The notes beneath the pieces are model-generated. The model saw nothing but the letters and a program-made list of their open reading frames with translations. It did not search any database and was not told the DNA's origin. This document shows, piece after piece, positions 1 through 8,870 of a stretch of 64,000 nucleotides of DNA. Position numbers and translations under genes: made by a program. The stretch is taken from NCBI GenBank assembly GCA_964454265.1, contig CAYVXD010000002.1:888-64887 (forward strand). Reading direction: 5' to 3'. How positions within the stretch are numbered: position 1 is the stretch's first letter; every line of letters starts with the position of its first letter. This DNA comes from an uncultured Candidatus Sumerlaeota bacterium (GTDB lineage Bacteria; Sumerlaeota; Sumerlaeia; MWCT01; JAUWMI01).

Positions 1-769
1 CGACCAGACAGAGATGATGCTTGCTTGCCGTTTTGGGTGGATTGTATCGAAGGATAATGAGCCGCGGTGGGTAGACACTTCCCCGACCTACGGCAAGCAG
101 ACCTGCGTAGCCGTTTTTCTTGAGCGCTGCTTCGTCTAGAATTGTTACCGATAGGCTATTGGCACGGGCAACCTCGCGTGCAATTCTGGCAAGGCTTTCA
201 GGATAAATCACATCAGATGGCTCGTTTACAATATCGCGGCAGGCATTGATGGCTGTTGTCAGAATGTGCGCCTTCTCGAACTCCTTTTGCAATCCTGAGC
301 GATCATCAGGGCGGCAGATGATTTCGATATTGGGTGCTTTACCACGACGCTCCTGCTCGCTCTTGTATTTTGTGAATTCATACGAACCGAGCAACGCTCC
401 TTCGATTACGTATGGAGCGATTGTGCTACCGTCCTTTGTATTGAGCAAGAAGGCTGCATTGCGGAGTCCAAGATTTCGACAATGTTCGAGCGCTTTGTAT
501 GCGATGATCTTGACTTTTTCGGATAGAGGGTAATGCGAAACCAGTGTTGTGGACTGTATGTATAGATTTTGAATCTTTGCTTTTGTTGGGAAGCTATAGA
601 TGGACGCTTGTTTAATAGTTTTTTGTTTCACACCCCTGGCAAACCGCCTGACCATCTTCATGAGAGTCGGCGGCAGGCCGGTAAGGAATTGCTGTTTATC
701 ATCAAGAATACAGATGAGAAGCTGGGTGCGTATGCTTGGAATGCGCTTTGCACTGATTCGAACGTTCAT
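1..769 (-). CDS. pepA: Leucyl aminopeptidase (peptidase M17), N-terminal part; 3' end lies beyond the left window edge
   Basis: Not in the ORF track because it runs off the edge. Manual translation from ATG (769..767) gives MNVRISAKR...NACRDIVNEPSDVIYPESLA...KKNGYAGLLAVGRGSVYPPRLIILRY. This fits the M17 pattern N-x-P-x-N..P..LA ... G-x-G-LL-x-V-x-x-GS-x-x-PPR. Confidence 0.7.
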   Translation of the reverse strand, partial: MNVRISAKRIPSIRTQLLICILDDKQQFLTGLPPTLMKMVRRFARGVKQKTIKQASIYSFPTKAKIQNLYIQSTTLVSHYPLSEKVKIIAYKALEHCRNLGLRNAAFLLNTKDGSTIAPYVIEGALLGSYEFTKYKSEQERRGKAPNIEIICRPDDRSGLQKEFEKAHILTTAINACRDIVNEPSDVIYPESLARIAREVARANSLSVTILDEAALKKNGYAGLLAVGRGSVYPPRLIILRYNPPKTASKHHLCLV

Positions 770-932
770 GAACGTTTCTCCCTTCGACATTGATACTATG
801 TAGGGGTTCAAAATTTTGAACACACGCAATGGAGCGCGAAAAAAATAGCCTCTGGAGGCTTCGGATCTTATCGAGAGCGCGGGACGCCCTGCTTCTTCAT
901 GCGGGACAGCGGCACAGAGGTCGAGCAGTGTA

Positions 933-2288
933 CTACCCGTCGCTATTGGATGCCTGCTTGCGCGTGGGCGGCGACTTGTCAAGACGGCGCTTTAAACGAT
1001 TCAAGCGATATTGTAAATCGTCAAGGATTGCATTGAAATTTCCAATGCGTGGTTCCCGATCCAGCAGATCATCGAGCTCGCGCTGCATTTCCAGATACTT
1101 GAGTGCCTGCAAGACGATTTCGTGTGCTCTGGTGTGGTTCCTGGCCCGGTGTTCGTAGTACTTGGCCAGCTCCACAAAAGCATTCAGATTATAAATGTGG
1201 GAACCAGAAATCTGGGCGTGCCAGAGCTCTGCAGCATCGTCCCAGCGGTTTTGCCGCTTGTAGATTTTTGCAATATGAGCGGTGATGAGATGCGAGAGAT
1301 GCTCGTCACGTACTAACAGAAGGGCGCGTTCCATGCACTCCACAGCCTGATCAATCCGGCCGTTGCGCTCAAACAGGTAGCTCAGCCCAATCAGGTCAAA
1401 AGCGTGATTGAGTTCCGGCGAGCTGGGCTTGCGATAGTAATAGGCGAGCCGGGCAAGGAGCGCTGCCAGGGAAATTACGTCCTGCGCATTATGGTCGAAC
1501 ACCGGAATGATGCGTTCGCGTCGCAGCCCGCGCACGTAGTCAAAGAACACTTGCGGAACAAGGCTTCCGTCTATGTCATGCACTCGCTCAATGCCGAGGA
1601 TGTTCTGTTCGATGCTGTCAAGCGAGCAACTCGGCAGACGCTTGCGCCACAGGCGTCTGGCAAGATGCAGCAAATCTATGTGCGGAAGCTCCCACACCGA
1701 GCGAAGGCGGTTATAAATAAACCGGGTTCGGAGTAGTGGGACGTCGAATGCCTTGCCATTGTACGTCACCAAGGCCTGAAATTCTGGCATCCGTTCGCTG
1801 AGCCGGTTCATTAATGCCAGCTCCTGATTGAAGTCTTCCATAAAATACTGCTCAACCACGAATTGCCCGGAGCGGAAGTAGCCAAGGCCGACCAGAAAGG
1901 GATACGTTCCTGTGCCACCCGCCAACCCGGTTGTTTCAACGTCAAGGAAGACTACTCGCTCAAGATCACAGCTGGCGAGTTCTGGATTACGGCCAAGGGC
2001 TGAAAGAGTTTCGGGGTCAACTGCTTCAACGTGATCTGCGACAGGGAAGACATAGCCGCGTTGCGCAGGGGCCCCTAGCAAGGGCAAAGTAAGTTGTCTT
2101 TGCACGACAACGCCGTGAGGAGTAGAAACAGGGGCAGCGTCGGGGACGAGTTTGTCAATAGGAACTGCGGCCTGGCGCGGGCGCTGCTCTTCTTGCGCAA
2201 AATAGTCACTCGCCCGGTAGAGTTTCCCACCCAGCTGCCTGATGAGCGCGTCAGCACTCCGCTTATGTGATTTATCAGGATTGTTCAT
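933..2288 (-). CDS. RNase H-like (YprB/PolB-exonuclease-like) domain protein with C-terminal TPR-like helical region
   Basis: 451-aa ORF. It has VVFLDVETTGL (Exo I-like DxE), TYNGKAFDVPLL and HNAQDVISLAALL motifs typical of the RNase_H_2/YprB family, followed by a helical repeat tail. Confidence 0.6.
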   Translation of the reverse strand: MNNPDKSHKRSADALIRQLGGKLYRASDYFAQEEQRPRQAAVPIDKLVPDAAPVSTPHGVVVQRQLTLPLLGAPAQRGYVFPVADHVEAVDPETLSALGRNPELASCDLERVVFLDVETTGLAGGTGTYPFLVGLGYFRSGQFVVEQYFMEDFNQELALMNRLSERMPEFQALVTYNGKAFDVPLLRTRFIYNRLRSVWELPHIDLLHLARRLWRKRLPSCSLDSIEQNILGIERVHDIDGSLVPQVFFDYVRGLRRERIIPVFDHNAQDVISLAALLARLAYYYRKPSSPELNHAFDLIGLSYLFERNGRIDQAVECMERALLLVRDEHLSHLITAHIAKIYKRQNRWDDAAELWHAQISGSHIYNLNAFVELAKYYEHRARNHTRAHEIVLQALKYLEMQRELDDLLDREPRIGNFNAILDDLQYRLNRLKRRLDKSPPTRKQASNSDG

Positions 2289-2726
2289 AATTTACATCAG
2301 CCACTGAGGCATAGAGGCACGGAGAAATATTTGGAAGCATCCTCAGTGGCTCCCTGTCTCCGTGGTTAAATCTAAAGAATTCATTAAGAAAGTGTGACGA
2401 ATATGTATATAAGAAGTGTGGAAAGAATAATCAAGTCAATTGTGCCAAACGTAATCGAGCTCCTAGATCACCAAGTATGGTTCTTGCTATTTTTTTTTCT
2501 GGGATAGATAGCTAGGGTTAAATCTTTGGCGTGCAGCCAGATAGGAGTGTTCTTTTTATAAAAACCCCAGTCTCATAAACGGGGCAATATTAAAATGGTA
2601 AATTAGAAATGCAAAGTGACAAAGGATGTCATTCTGAGGCGTAGCCGAAGAATCTTAAATGGCAAAATTTATTCCTGCAATAAGTGGCATGTAGCAAGTA
2701 AGCGACCGGCTTTTAATTATTACAAT

Positions 2727-2761
2727 GAAAAAATGGGATGGCTTTTTCAATTAGCCATCCC
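2727..2761 (-). terminator. Rho-independent terminator downstream of the PT-rich ORF
   Basis: On the minus strand: GGGATGGCT-aattgaaaa-AGCCATCCC followed by ATTTTTT. It lies about 28 nt after the stop at 2789. Confidence 0.6.
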
Positions 2762-2788
2762 ATGATTTTAAAATTACGATTTAGCTGT

Positions 2789-3079
2789 TCAATAACGGTT
2801 CCAATCTTGGATAACTGATGGGGTTGCAGTAGGTGTTGGGGTTGTTGTGGGTGCAGGAGTGGGAGTAGGCGTCGGTGTCTCAGTCGGAGTTGGTGTGGGA
2901 GTTGGTGTGGGAGTAGGTGAGGTGTAGGAGATATACTCTGTCCAGACCTCATCGGTTGTGGTTACGCTGTCAGTGCTGAGTTCTGCGGGAAAGGCGCCGT
3001 AGGATTGCAGGGCGTAAAATCCGTCACCCGTTGATCCTGCGTTTAGCTCGGCACGTCTGCTGAGGTGTCTACCTGCCAC
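2789..3079 (-). pseudogene. Probable 3' continuation (jelly-roll end plus PT-rich tail) of the 970-aa repeat protein, in a different frame
   Basis: 96-aa ORF overlapping the stop of 3043..5955. It reads ...NAGSTGDGFYALQSYGAFPAEL...TPTPTPTPTPTETPTPTPTPAPTTTPTPTATP. A 1-nt indel near 3043-3060 would fuse the two ORFs, and the terminator follows this ORF rather than the upstream stop. Confidence 0.5.
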
Positions 3080-5955
3080 GCTAGCCAGTAGGTTCCTGCG
3101 TCAAGTGTAAGATTAGTTGGGGTGCCTGCGCTGATTGGAGCAACCACGAAGTCGTCTGTTGCGGTGTTGGCAATCTGTCCGGATTGCCAGCGGAGGGTTT
3201 TAGTGGTGGCTTCTTCGTAAAGTGCAAGGCGAAGCGTTCCGCTGGAGCTGTGGGAATATAAGTATACATTCGTCGCCAAGCCTGTCTCCGGCATAGTGAA
3301 TTTGGTGGCTTTTGCGAAGCCTTTCTGTGAAAGGCCAACGCGCACTACTCGCCCAGGTCTCGTGTAAGTGCTAAAATAGGCGTATCCTGTGAGCTGATCG
3401 ATCACCGCGCTCTCAAGATCATTCTCTCCCGAATTCAGCGTCACGGCACCCACCCGGCTCGGTGGGTTGGAACCTGAACCCAGCGCTACCTTCACCACTC
3501 GCCCGGGACTGGTAGAAGTGCCGAAATAGGCGTAGCCGGCCGAGGGATCGATCACCGCGCTCTCAAGATCATTCTCTCCCGAATTCAGCGTCACGGTACC
3601 CACCCGGCTCGGTGGATTGGAACCCGAACCCAGCTCTACCTTCACCACCCGCCCGGGACTGTTCCAAGTGCCGAAATAGGCGTATCCTGCGGATGAATCG
3701 ATCACCGCACATTGTAGAGAATTTTCTCCCGAATTCAAGGTTACTGCTCCGATGCGGGTTGGGGGGTTGGCGCCTGACCCCAGCCCTATTTTCACTACTT
3801 TCCCAGGCAAGGTATAGGTACCGAAGTAGGCATAGCCGGCAGAGGGGTCGATCACCGCGGCGCGGAGTCCATCCTCTCCTGAATTCAGGGTTACCGCTCC
3901 AACACGTGTGGGCGGGTTAGCGCCCGTGCCTAGCGCTACCTTTACCACTCGTCCGGGGCTGGTAGCCGTGCCGAAGTAGGCATAGCCTGCAGACGGATCG
4001 ATCACTGCACTCGCGAGATAGTCTTCCAATGGATTCGTTGCTACCGCTCCCACCCGGCTGAAGGTAGAAAGGTCAATCTTAACCACCTGCGGGGTTGTAC
4101 TACTGGTGCCGAAGTAGGCATAGCCCGCCGAGGAATCAATCACCGCACACCGGAGATTGTACTCTGGGAAACTCAGCGTTAATGCTGCAACGCGAGTGTT
4201 GCTTGAAAGGTCAACCTTTACTATCCACCCGCCGGGGTAGTTAGACGTGCCGAAATAGGCATATCCGGCCTGGGAATCGATTACTCCGCTCCTGAGTTCA
4301 TTCTCTCCCGCAGTGAGCATCACCCCACCCACGCGGCTCGGGGGGTTGGAGCCCGAACCCAGTGCAACCTTCACCACGAGCCCAGCGCTCGTATCTGTAC
4401 CGAAATAGACATAGCCGGACGAAGAGTCAATCACTGCGCTCACGACATGATCCTCTAACCCACTTAAAACAACATAACCCACCTCGCTAGGAGGGTTGGA
4501 ACCTGAACCAAGCGCTACCTTCATCACTTGACCCGCATCAGTGTCTGAGCCGAAATAGGCGTACCCTGCCGCCGTGTCGATTGCTGCAGACGCAAGATTA
4601 CCGACTATCAGTGTTGCTGCCCCCACGCGGGTGGGCGGGTTAGAGCCGGAACCGAGCGCCACCTTCACCACGTAGCCAGCTGCGGTATCTGTGCCGAAAT
4701 ATGCGTAACCAGCGGAAGGATCAATCACCGCGCACCGCAGTCGACCCTCTGCTGGATTCAACGACACTGCCCCGACACGGCTAGGCGGGTTAGAGCCCGA
4801 ACCGAGCGCAACCTTCACCACTTGCCCGGGGTAGCTTCGGGTTCCAAAATAGGCGTAGCCTGCGGAGGTATCGATCACCGCGCTGTATAGATACATCTCT
4901 CCAGAATTCAGTGTCACAGCCCCGACGCGGCTCGGCGGATTAGTGCCTGAGCCCAGTGCCACCTTGACCACGCGGCCAGGGTTGGTATCTGTGCCGAAGT
5001 AGGCATAACCCGCTGAGGTATCGATCGCCGCGCTCACAAGATAACTCTCCCCAGAGTTCAGTGTTAAGGCTCCGACGCGTGTGGGCGGGTTAGAGCCGGA
5101 GCCCAGTGCCACCTTGACTACTCGGCCAGGGTTGGTATCAGTGCCGAAATAGGCATAGCCCGCCGATGTGTCAATCACCGCACTCCGGAGAGCATTCTCT
5201 CCCTCATCCAGTATTAGCGATCCCACGCGGGTAAAAGTGGATAGGTTCATCTTTACCACTTTCCCTGGGCTGGTCCCAGTGCCGAAATAGGCGTAGCCTG
5301 CGGAGGTGTCGATCACCGCGCTAAGGAGATAATCATCTCCCACATTCAGCACCTCCGTGTCCAAGCGCCGAAGACCTGCATTTGGATATGCCGTGCTGCC
5401 GGGCGTATTGTTACCTGCAATCGGATCGCTGAAGCGCAGAGAGCGATCGGTGAAGACGTTGCCTGCACGGTCGGTAATCCGCACCGCAACCGTGTAGTAG
5501 CCCTCGCTGAGGCCGTGTGCGTTCCATTCCGCCTGATAGAGTCCCAGCGTTGCGTCAGTGCTCACGCCGCCCAAATTCATTGGCGCAGGCTTGAGTACAA
5601 GCGTATCTACGGGTTGCGCCTCTTCCTCGCCAGAAGCTGTGATCACCGCCTCAACGCGCTCGACACCCTCGACCCCCTTCACCACTGCCTGGATCTTTAG
5701 TTGCCCGCCGTTCTTCACCGACGGCGACGACAGGCTCGGTATCACGTGGATACGGCCATCGCCCGAACCGATTTTCTCTCCCGCCTGCACTGCAGCGGCT
5801 GGCGCAACCGCCGATTGGATAGCTGCGTTTTCATTCCCCGCAAAGCCAACTGAGCCAAAGCAAAAAAGCGGTAGCATCATAACACGTAATGCAACAACTG
5901 TGACTTTTTGCAGATAAGAAAATACTACTGCGTTGTGGGAACGTCTTTTGTCCAT
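3043..5955 (-). CDS. Secreted giant repeat protein: signal peptide, Ig-like domain, 14 beta-propeller-like repeats, C-terminal jelly-roll-like domain
   Basis: 970-aa ORF with a hydrophobic N-terminus. It carries 14 copies of the unit (A/S)VID-x-SAGYAYFGT-x3-PG-x-VVKVALGSGSNPP-x-RVG-x-TLNSGE. Confidence 0.85.
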   Translation of the reverse strand: MDKRRSHNAVVFSYLQKVTVVALRVMMLPLFCFGSVGFAGNENAAIQSAVAPAAAVQAGEKIGSGDGRIHVIPSLSSPSVKNGGQLKIQAVVKGVEGVERVEAVITASGEEEAQPVDTLVLKPAPMNLGGVSTDATLGLYQAEWNAHGLSEGYYTVAVRITDRAGNVFTDRSLRFSDPIAGNNTPGSTAYPNAGLRRLDTEVLNVGDDYLLSAVIDTSAGYAYFGTGTSPGKVVKMNLSTFTRVGSLILDEGENALRSAVIDTSAGYAYFGTDTNPGRVVKVALGSGSNPPTRVGALTLNSGESYLVSAAIDTSAGYAYFGTDTNPGRVVKVALGSGTNPPSRVGAVTLNSGEMYLYSAVIDTSAGYAYFGTRSYPGQVVKVALGSGSNPPSRVGAVSLNPAEGRLRCAVIDPSAGYAYFGTDTAAGYVVKVALGSGSNPPTRVGAATLIVGNLASAAIDTAAGYAYFGSDTDAGQVMKVALGSGSNPPSEVGYVVLSGLEDHVVSAVIDSSSGYVYFGTDTSAGLVVKVALGSGSNPPSRVGGVMLTAGENELRSGVIDSQAGYAYFGTSNYPGGWIVKVDLSSNTRVAALTLSFPEYNLRCAVIDSSAGYAYFGTSSTTPQVVKIDLSTFSRVGAVATNPLEDYLASAVIDPSAGYAYFGTATSPGRVVKVALGTGANPPTRVGAVTLNSGEDGLRAAVIDPSAGYAYFGTYTLPGKVVKIGLGSGANPPTRIGAVTLNSGENSLQCAVIDSSAGYAYFGTWNSPGRVVKVELGSGSNPPSRVGTVTLNSGENDLESAVIDPSAGYAYFGTSTSPGRVVKVALGSGSNPPSRVGAVTLNSGENDLESAVIDQLTGYAYFSTYTRPGRVVRVGLSQKGFAKATKFTMPETGLATNVYLYSHSSSGTLRLALYEEATTKTLRWQSGQIANTATDDFVVAPISAGTPTNLTLDAGTYWLAWQVDTSADVPS
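3360..5345 (-). repeat. Intragenic tandem coding repeats (about 129-150 nt units, 14 copies)
   Basis: Adjacent units are nearly identical at DNA level. For example, 3396-3510 and 3546-3660 share 'gatcgatcaccgcgctctcaagatcattctctcccgaattcagcgtcacgg...' with only a few substitutions at a 150-nt period. Confidence 0.9.
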
Positions 5956-6150
5956 CTACTCATCTCCTTGCATAATATATTTGTTTTAATGTTTTGTTTT
6001 TGCTCTTTATTTTTAAGAGATAGATTCCTATAACATACTTTGTTCAGGACAATGGGTATTACCTCCTGATTAGCTATGCAATTGACAATGAAGTTACTCT
6101 GGTACTTCGTGCTATTTATAGCCTTCGGTGGAAAGGCCTGCCTAACCAAC

Positions 6151-6300
6151 AAAAAGCTAATTGTCAAGATAAACCTTTAGTCTGCTGGTCATAAATTAGG
6201 ATTGGCACTCGCGCTGGTGGGGAGAGGAATCTGTGCAAATTCTTGGTGAGAGGAAAAAGGGAAGCATTGCGTGGAAACGCGCCCATGCAGGAATTAAAGT
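6151..6300. repeat. Copy 1 of a ~150-nt paralogous intergenic element (partner at 12021..12175)
   Basis: The conserved core is ctgtgcaaattcttggtgagaggaaaaagggaagcattgcg...gcaggaattaaagt. In copy 2 it reads ctgtgcaaatttttggtgagatgaaaaagggaaagcattacg...gcaggaattaaggt. The element lies 5' of the minus-strand gene 3043..5955. Confidence 0.75.
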
Positions 6301-6528
6301 AGCGTAAAGCTCAGGGTGAGGATGGAGGTGAGAGGATCTCGATTATTGCCGGGACGAGGATGAGCAAGGCTTTAGCTGCTTCGGCTGAAAATAAAAGAGC
6401 AGGTAAAAGATGTGGAGTTCATCTTTTACCTGACATGATCACTGTATCCAGTTTTTTCCAGCAAGGCCAAGAAGGGGTGCGCCACGGCGTACCCCTACTC
6501 AGTATTCCGCGGTTCGTTTTATTCAGGT

Positions 6529-8370
6529 CTACGGAATCGCGAGATAGTCAATCGCAACGCTGTCCATGTAGATGGTGCCGCCCTGCGCCGAGCTGAAGTC
6601 GAGCAGGTCAAGCGTCACAATGAATCCATCCTGTCCGGCCGTTGGTGAGCCAGGGAGAATTGGGGTCTCCCAGTAGACGTCGTAGTCAGTTCCACCAACT
6701 GTCGGCATTGCTCCTGGGCCAGCGCCCTGGCTGTTCAGCTCCATGGTCTGCGTCATCTGGCCGTCTTCATTCTGGATACGGAGCCTGACCTGTGGCATGG
6801 TGTTGCGTGCCACGTCACTCGCACACCTCAAGGTGTAGCTCGCACGATAGAGCTTATCCACTACATACGTAAGCTCGTTTGCCGTGCCACTGGACTGCCA
6901 CCATCCATAATTGGCATCCGCAGTGGTGCTAGCCGTGATGGAGAGCGTGCCAGTGCCTTCTCCGCCTGACGTCACCGGGCCAAATCCTACGTTGGTAACG
7001 AATCCCCAGTTGGAAAATTCGCCGCCACTGGCGTACGACTTGACCAATGTGCCAAGTGCCGGAAACGGGAACCGCTCTACAGTCACGGTATCTACATAGT
7101 GCGTTCCATACTGCGCCACGTCAAAGTCAAGCATATCAAAAGCCACACCCAGACTGCCGCTCACCACAGGCGCAAAGTAGCAGGTATATTCTTTCGTTGT
7201 TGGATCTGTGGGCAAGGAGTTGCTGTACGAGCCTGAGGCATTCACCACCTGCGTTGCTGACTCGAGTGATTGATCCTGCACCCAGCGCATACGGAACTGC
7301 GGATTCTGAGCTGCACTTGCCTGATTCGAGGAGACTTCGTACGTTGCACGGTATACGTTGTCTGCTACGTAGGCAAGTTCTGACGGCCCGGTCCATAGCC
7401 CTACGCGGTGCGTGCCATCATTTGCCGAGCTGACGCTTATCCGGCCACCACTATAGCTGGACGATGCCCCTGAGAATCCAGAACCACTCAGCGGCAGGAA
7501 TCCCCAGCCCTCCATGCTTGAATCATACGTATATTCCTTGACGAATGTAACTGGCGTTGCGGTGGGCGTCGGTGTTACGGCTGGTGTAGGAAATGCCATT
7601 GCATCGAGCTCCACCTGCCCGGGAATACTCTGCGCACTCGCGTCAAGATAGAGGCTGAACGTGCCGCCTGATGTATTGTATGCTATCAGGTCCCCATCAT
7701 CATAGAGCGTAGAATTCAACCTGGCTGCTGCATCGAAGGAGAATATCCACTCGGTATCACTCTCGCGACTGAAGGCATTGACATCTACCTGAGCTGGTAC
7801 TCCTTCAGCTGAGCCGTCAAAGTCAAGGCTGGCAGAGAACCCGCTCCCCGTGGTAAAGTGCACCATGTCCTCATCAGCTACCAGGCCTACCACGGGCAAC
7901 CGTGCATCTTCTTCAAGAGAGAATGAGAACTCGAACGGAGAGACAGCAATTACGTCTACTGCATCCAGATTCACCCTGGCTGGCAGGCCGTTGGCCGAGC
8001 CGTCCCACAGCAGGCTGATGCTCACTCCATTCCAGACCAGGAGGTCTTCATCTGCGTAAACCGTGCCGCCGATCTTTACATCTTCTGAAAGCGAGAAGAC
8101 CAGCAGGTCTTTTTCTATTAAATCCACGGCATCAATATTCACCTGTGGGGGGAGCAGGCTGGTTAAAGGCGAGCCATAGAGCGCATACGCGCCCACCCCA
8201 TCTGTATCTACCAGCTCATGGTCTGCGGGCGACAGGCTCACGTACGAGGCATCTTCATTATGCGAAAACACAAACGACGCCTCAGCAACCCCCGGCGGCC
8301 CAATACTCAGGCACACCAGCGCAGCCAGGAGCCAAAACGCTAGAACTAGCGATTGTCGATAATTTCTCAT
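6529..8370 (-). CDS. Secreted protein: 4 N-terminal ~45-aa repeats, PT linker, two CBM/jelly-roll-like domains
   Basis: 613-aa ORF with a signal peptide (LVLAFWLLAALVCLSIGPPGVAEA). Repeats read V(N/D)(L/I/V)DA(V/F)... and the linker reads FPTPAVTPTPTATP. Confidence 0.8.
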   Translation of the reverse strand: MRNYRQSLVLAFWLLAALVCLSIGPPGVAEASFVFSHNEDASYVSLSPADHELVDTDGVGAYALYGSPLTSLLPPQVNIDAVDLIEKDLLVFSLSEDVKIGGTVYADEDLLVWNGVSISLLWDGSANGLPARVNLDAVDVIAVSPFEFSFSLEEDARLPVVGLVADEDMVHFTTGSGFSASLDFDGSAEGVPAQVDVNAFSRESDTEWIFSFDAAARLNSTLYDDGDLIAYNTSGGTFSLYLDASAQSIPGQVELDAMAFPTPAVTPTPTATPVTFVKEYTYDSSMEGWGFLPLSGSGFSGASSSYSGGRISVSSANDGTHRVGLWTGPSELAYVADNVYRATYEVSSNQASAAQNPQFRMRWVQDQSLESATQVVNASGSYSNSLPTDPTTKEYTCYFAPVVSGSLGVAFDMLDFDVAQYGTHYVDTVTVERFPFPALGTLVKSYASGGEFSNWGFVTNVGFGPVTSGGEGTGTLSITASTTADANYGWWQSSGTANELTYVVDKLYRASYTLRCASDVARNTMPQVRLRIQNEDGQMTQTMELNSQGAGPGAMPTVGGTDYDVYWETPILPGSPTAGQDGFIVTLDLLDFSSAQGGTIYMDSVAIDYLAIP

Positions 8371-8387
8371 AGCTTTATCTCCTTTCC

Positions 8388-8452
8388 ATCCGTTTGTCCG
8401 TTGTGTCCGTTTATCCGTTTGCCCGTTTATCCGTTTGCCCGTTTATCCGTTA
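8388..8452. repeat. 8-nt-period tandem array (TCCGTTTN)n, including 2.9 copies of the 16-mer CCGTTTATCCGTTTGC
   Basis: Read directly as atccgtttgtccgttgtgtccgtttatccgtttgcccgtttatccgtttgcccgtttatccgtta. It overlaps the stop codon of the four-helix-bundle gene. Confidence 0.9.
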
Positions 8453-8821
8453 TTTGGCTTTGGTGCGGAGGTATTTAATGAAGCCTGTCAGCGTTTTTGA
8501 TACGTTCTCATATTGATCAAACACAGTCTTAAATTGCTCCGCACTGAGGTATTTCCTATCCAAAGCAACGTATAGATGGCTTTTGACCTCGGAAACCGAT
8601 GAGAGAGAATAGCCGAGAAACCTGATGAACTCCTTCCTTGAGTTCCTGTCAAACCCCTCAGCAATATTCGCCATTACCGAAACAGCAGCTCGCTGTATCT
8701 GGTCCCTGAGCCCAAAGTCTCGGGCAAAACTGCCAGTCGCTATTGTGTCATAGACCAGATTCGTCAATGCTCTTGCCTCCTGCCAGGCTCTAATGTCCTC
8801 AAACCTCTCAATCCTCGCCAT
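8450..8821 (-). CDS. Four-helix-bundle protein (23S rRNA intervening-sequence protein / Avd-like family)
   Basis: 123-aa ORF. Motifs F-x-D-x-x-AWQ-x-A, RDQ-x-x-RAA-x-S-x-x-x-NIAEG and EF-x-x-FL-x-x-S-x-x-S-x-x-E are characteristic of TIGR02436/PF05635. Confidence 0.85.
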   Translation of the reverse strand: MARIERFEDIRAWQEARALTNLVYDTIATGSFARDFGLRDQIQRAAVSVMANIAEGFDRNSRKEFIRFLGYSLSSVSEVKSHLYVALDRKYLSAEQFKTVFDQYENVSKTLTGFIKYLRTKAK

Positions 8822-8834
8822 CTTCTATCCCTTT

Positions 8835-8870
8835 ACGGACTAACGGACTAACTGACCAACGGTCCTACGG
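8835..8870. repeat. 8-nt-period array (ACGGACTA-like), inverted relative to 8388..8452
   Basis: Reads acggactaacggactaactgaccaacggtcctacgg. It contains the 20-mer ACGGACTAACTGACCAACGG shared with 10562.. and 11793.., and it overlaps the stop codon of 8865..10430. Confidence 0.9.

Noticed and set aside
3040-3080. Programmed ribosomal frameshift joining 3043..5955 and 2789..3079
   Set aside because: There is no slippery X-XXY-YYZ heptamer or downstream structure at the junction. A simple 1-nt indel (real or from the assembly) is more parsimonious.
6203-6216. TGGCAC-like sequences in both copies of the 150-nt element (also 12077..12098) as sigma54 -24/-12 promoters
   Set aside because: Copy 1 lacks the TTGC -12 element. 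Copy 2 has a GG-to-GC spacing of 17 nt instead of 12.
8450-8821. Avd-like four-helix-bundle gene as a marker of a diversity-generating retroelement
   Set aside because: There is no reverse-transcriptase ORF anywhere in the window. I saw no template/variable repeat pair (a ~100-nt duplicate differing at A positions) in the neighbouring surface-protein genes.
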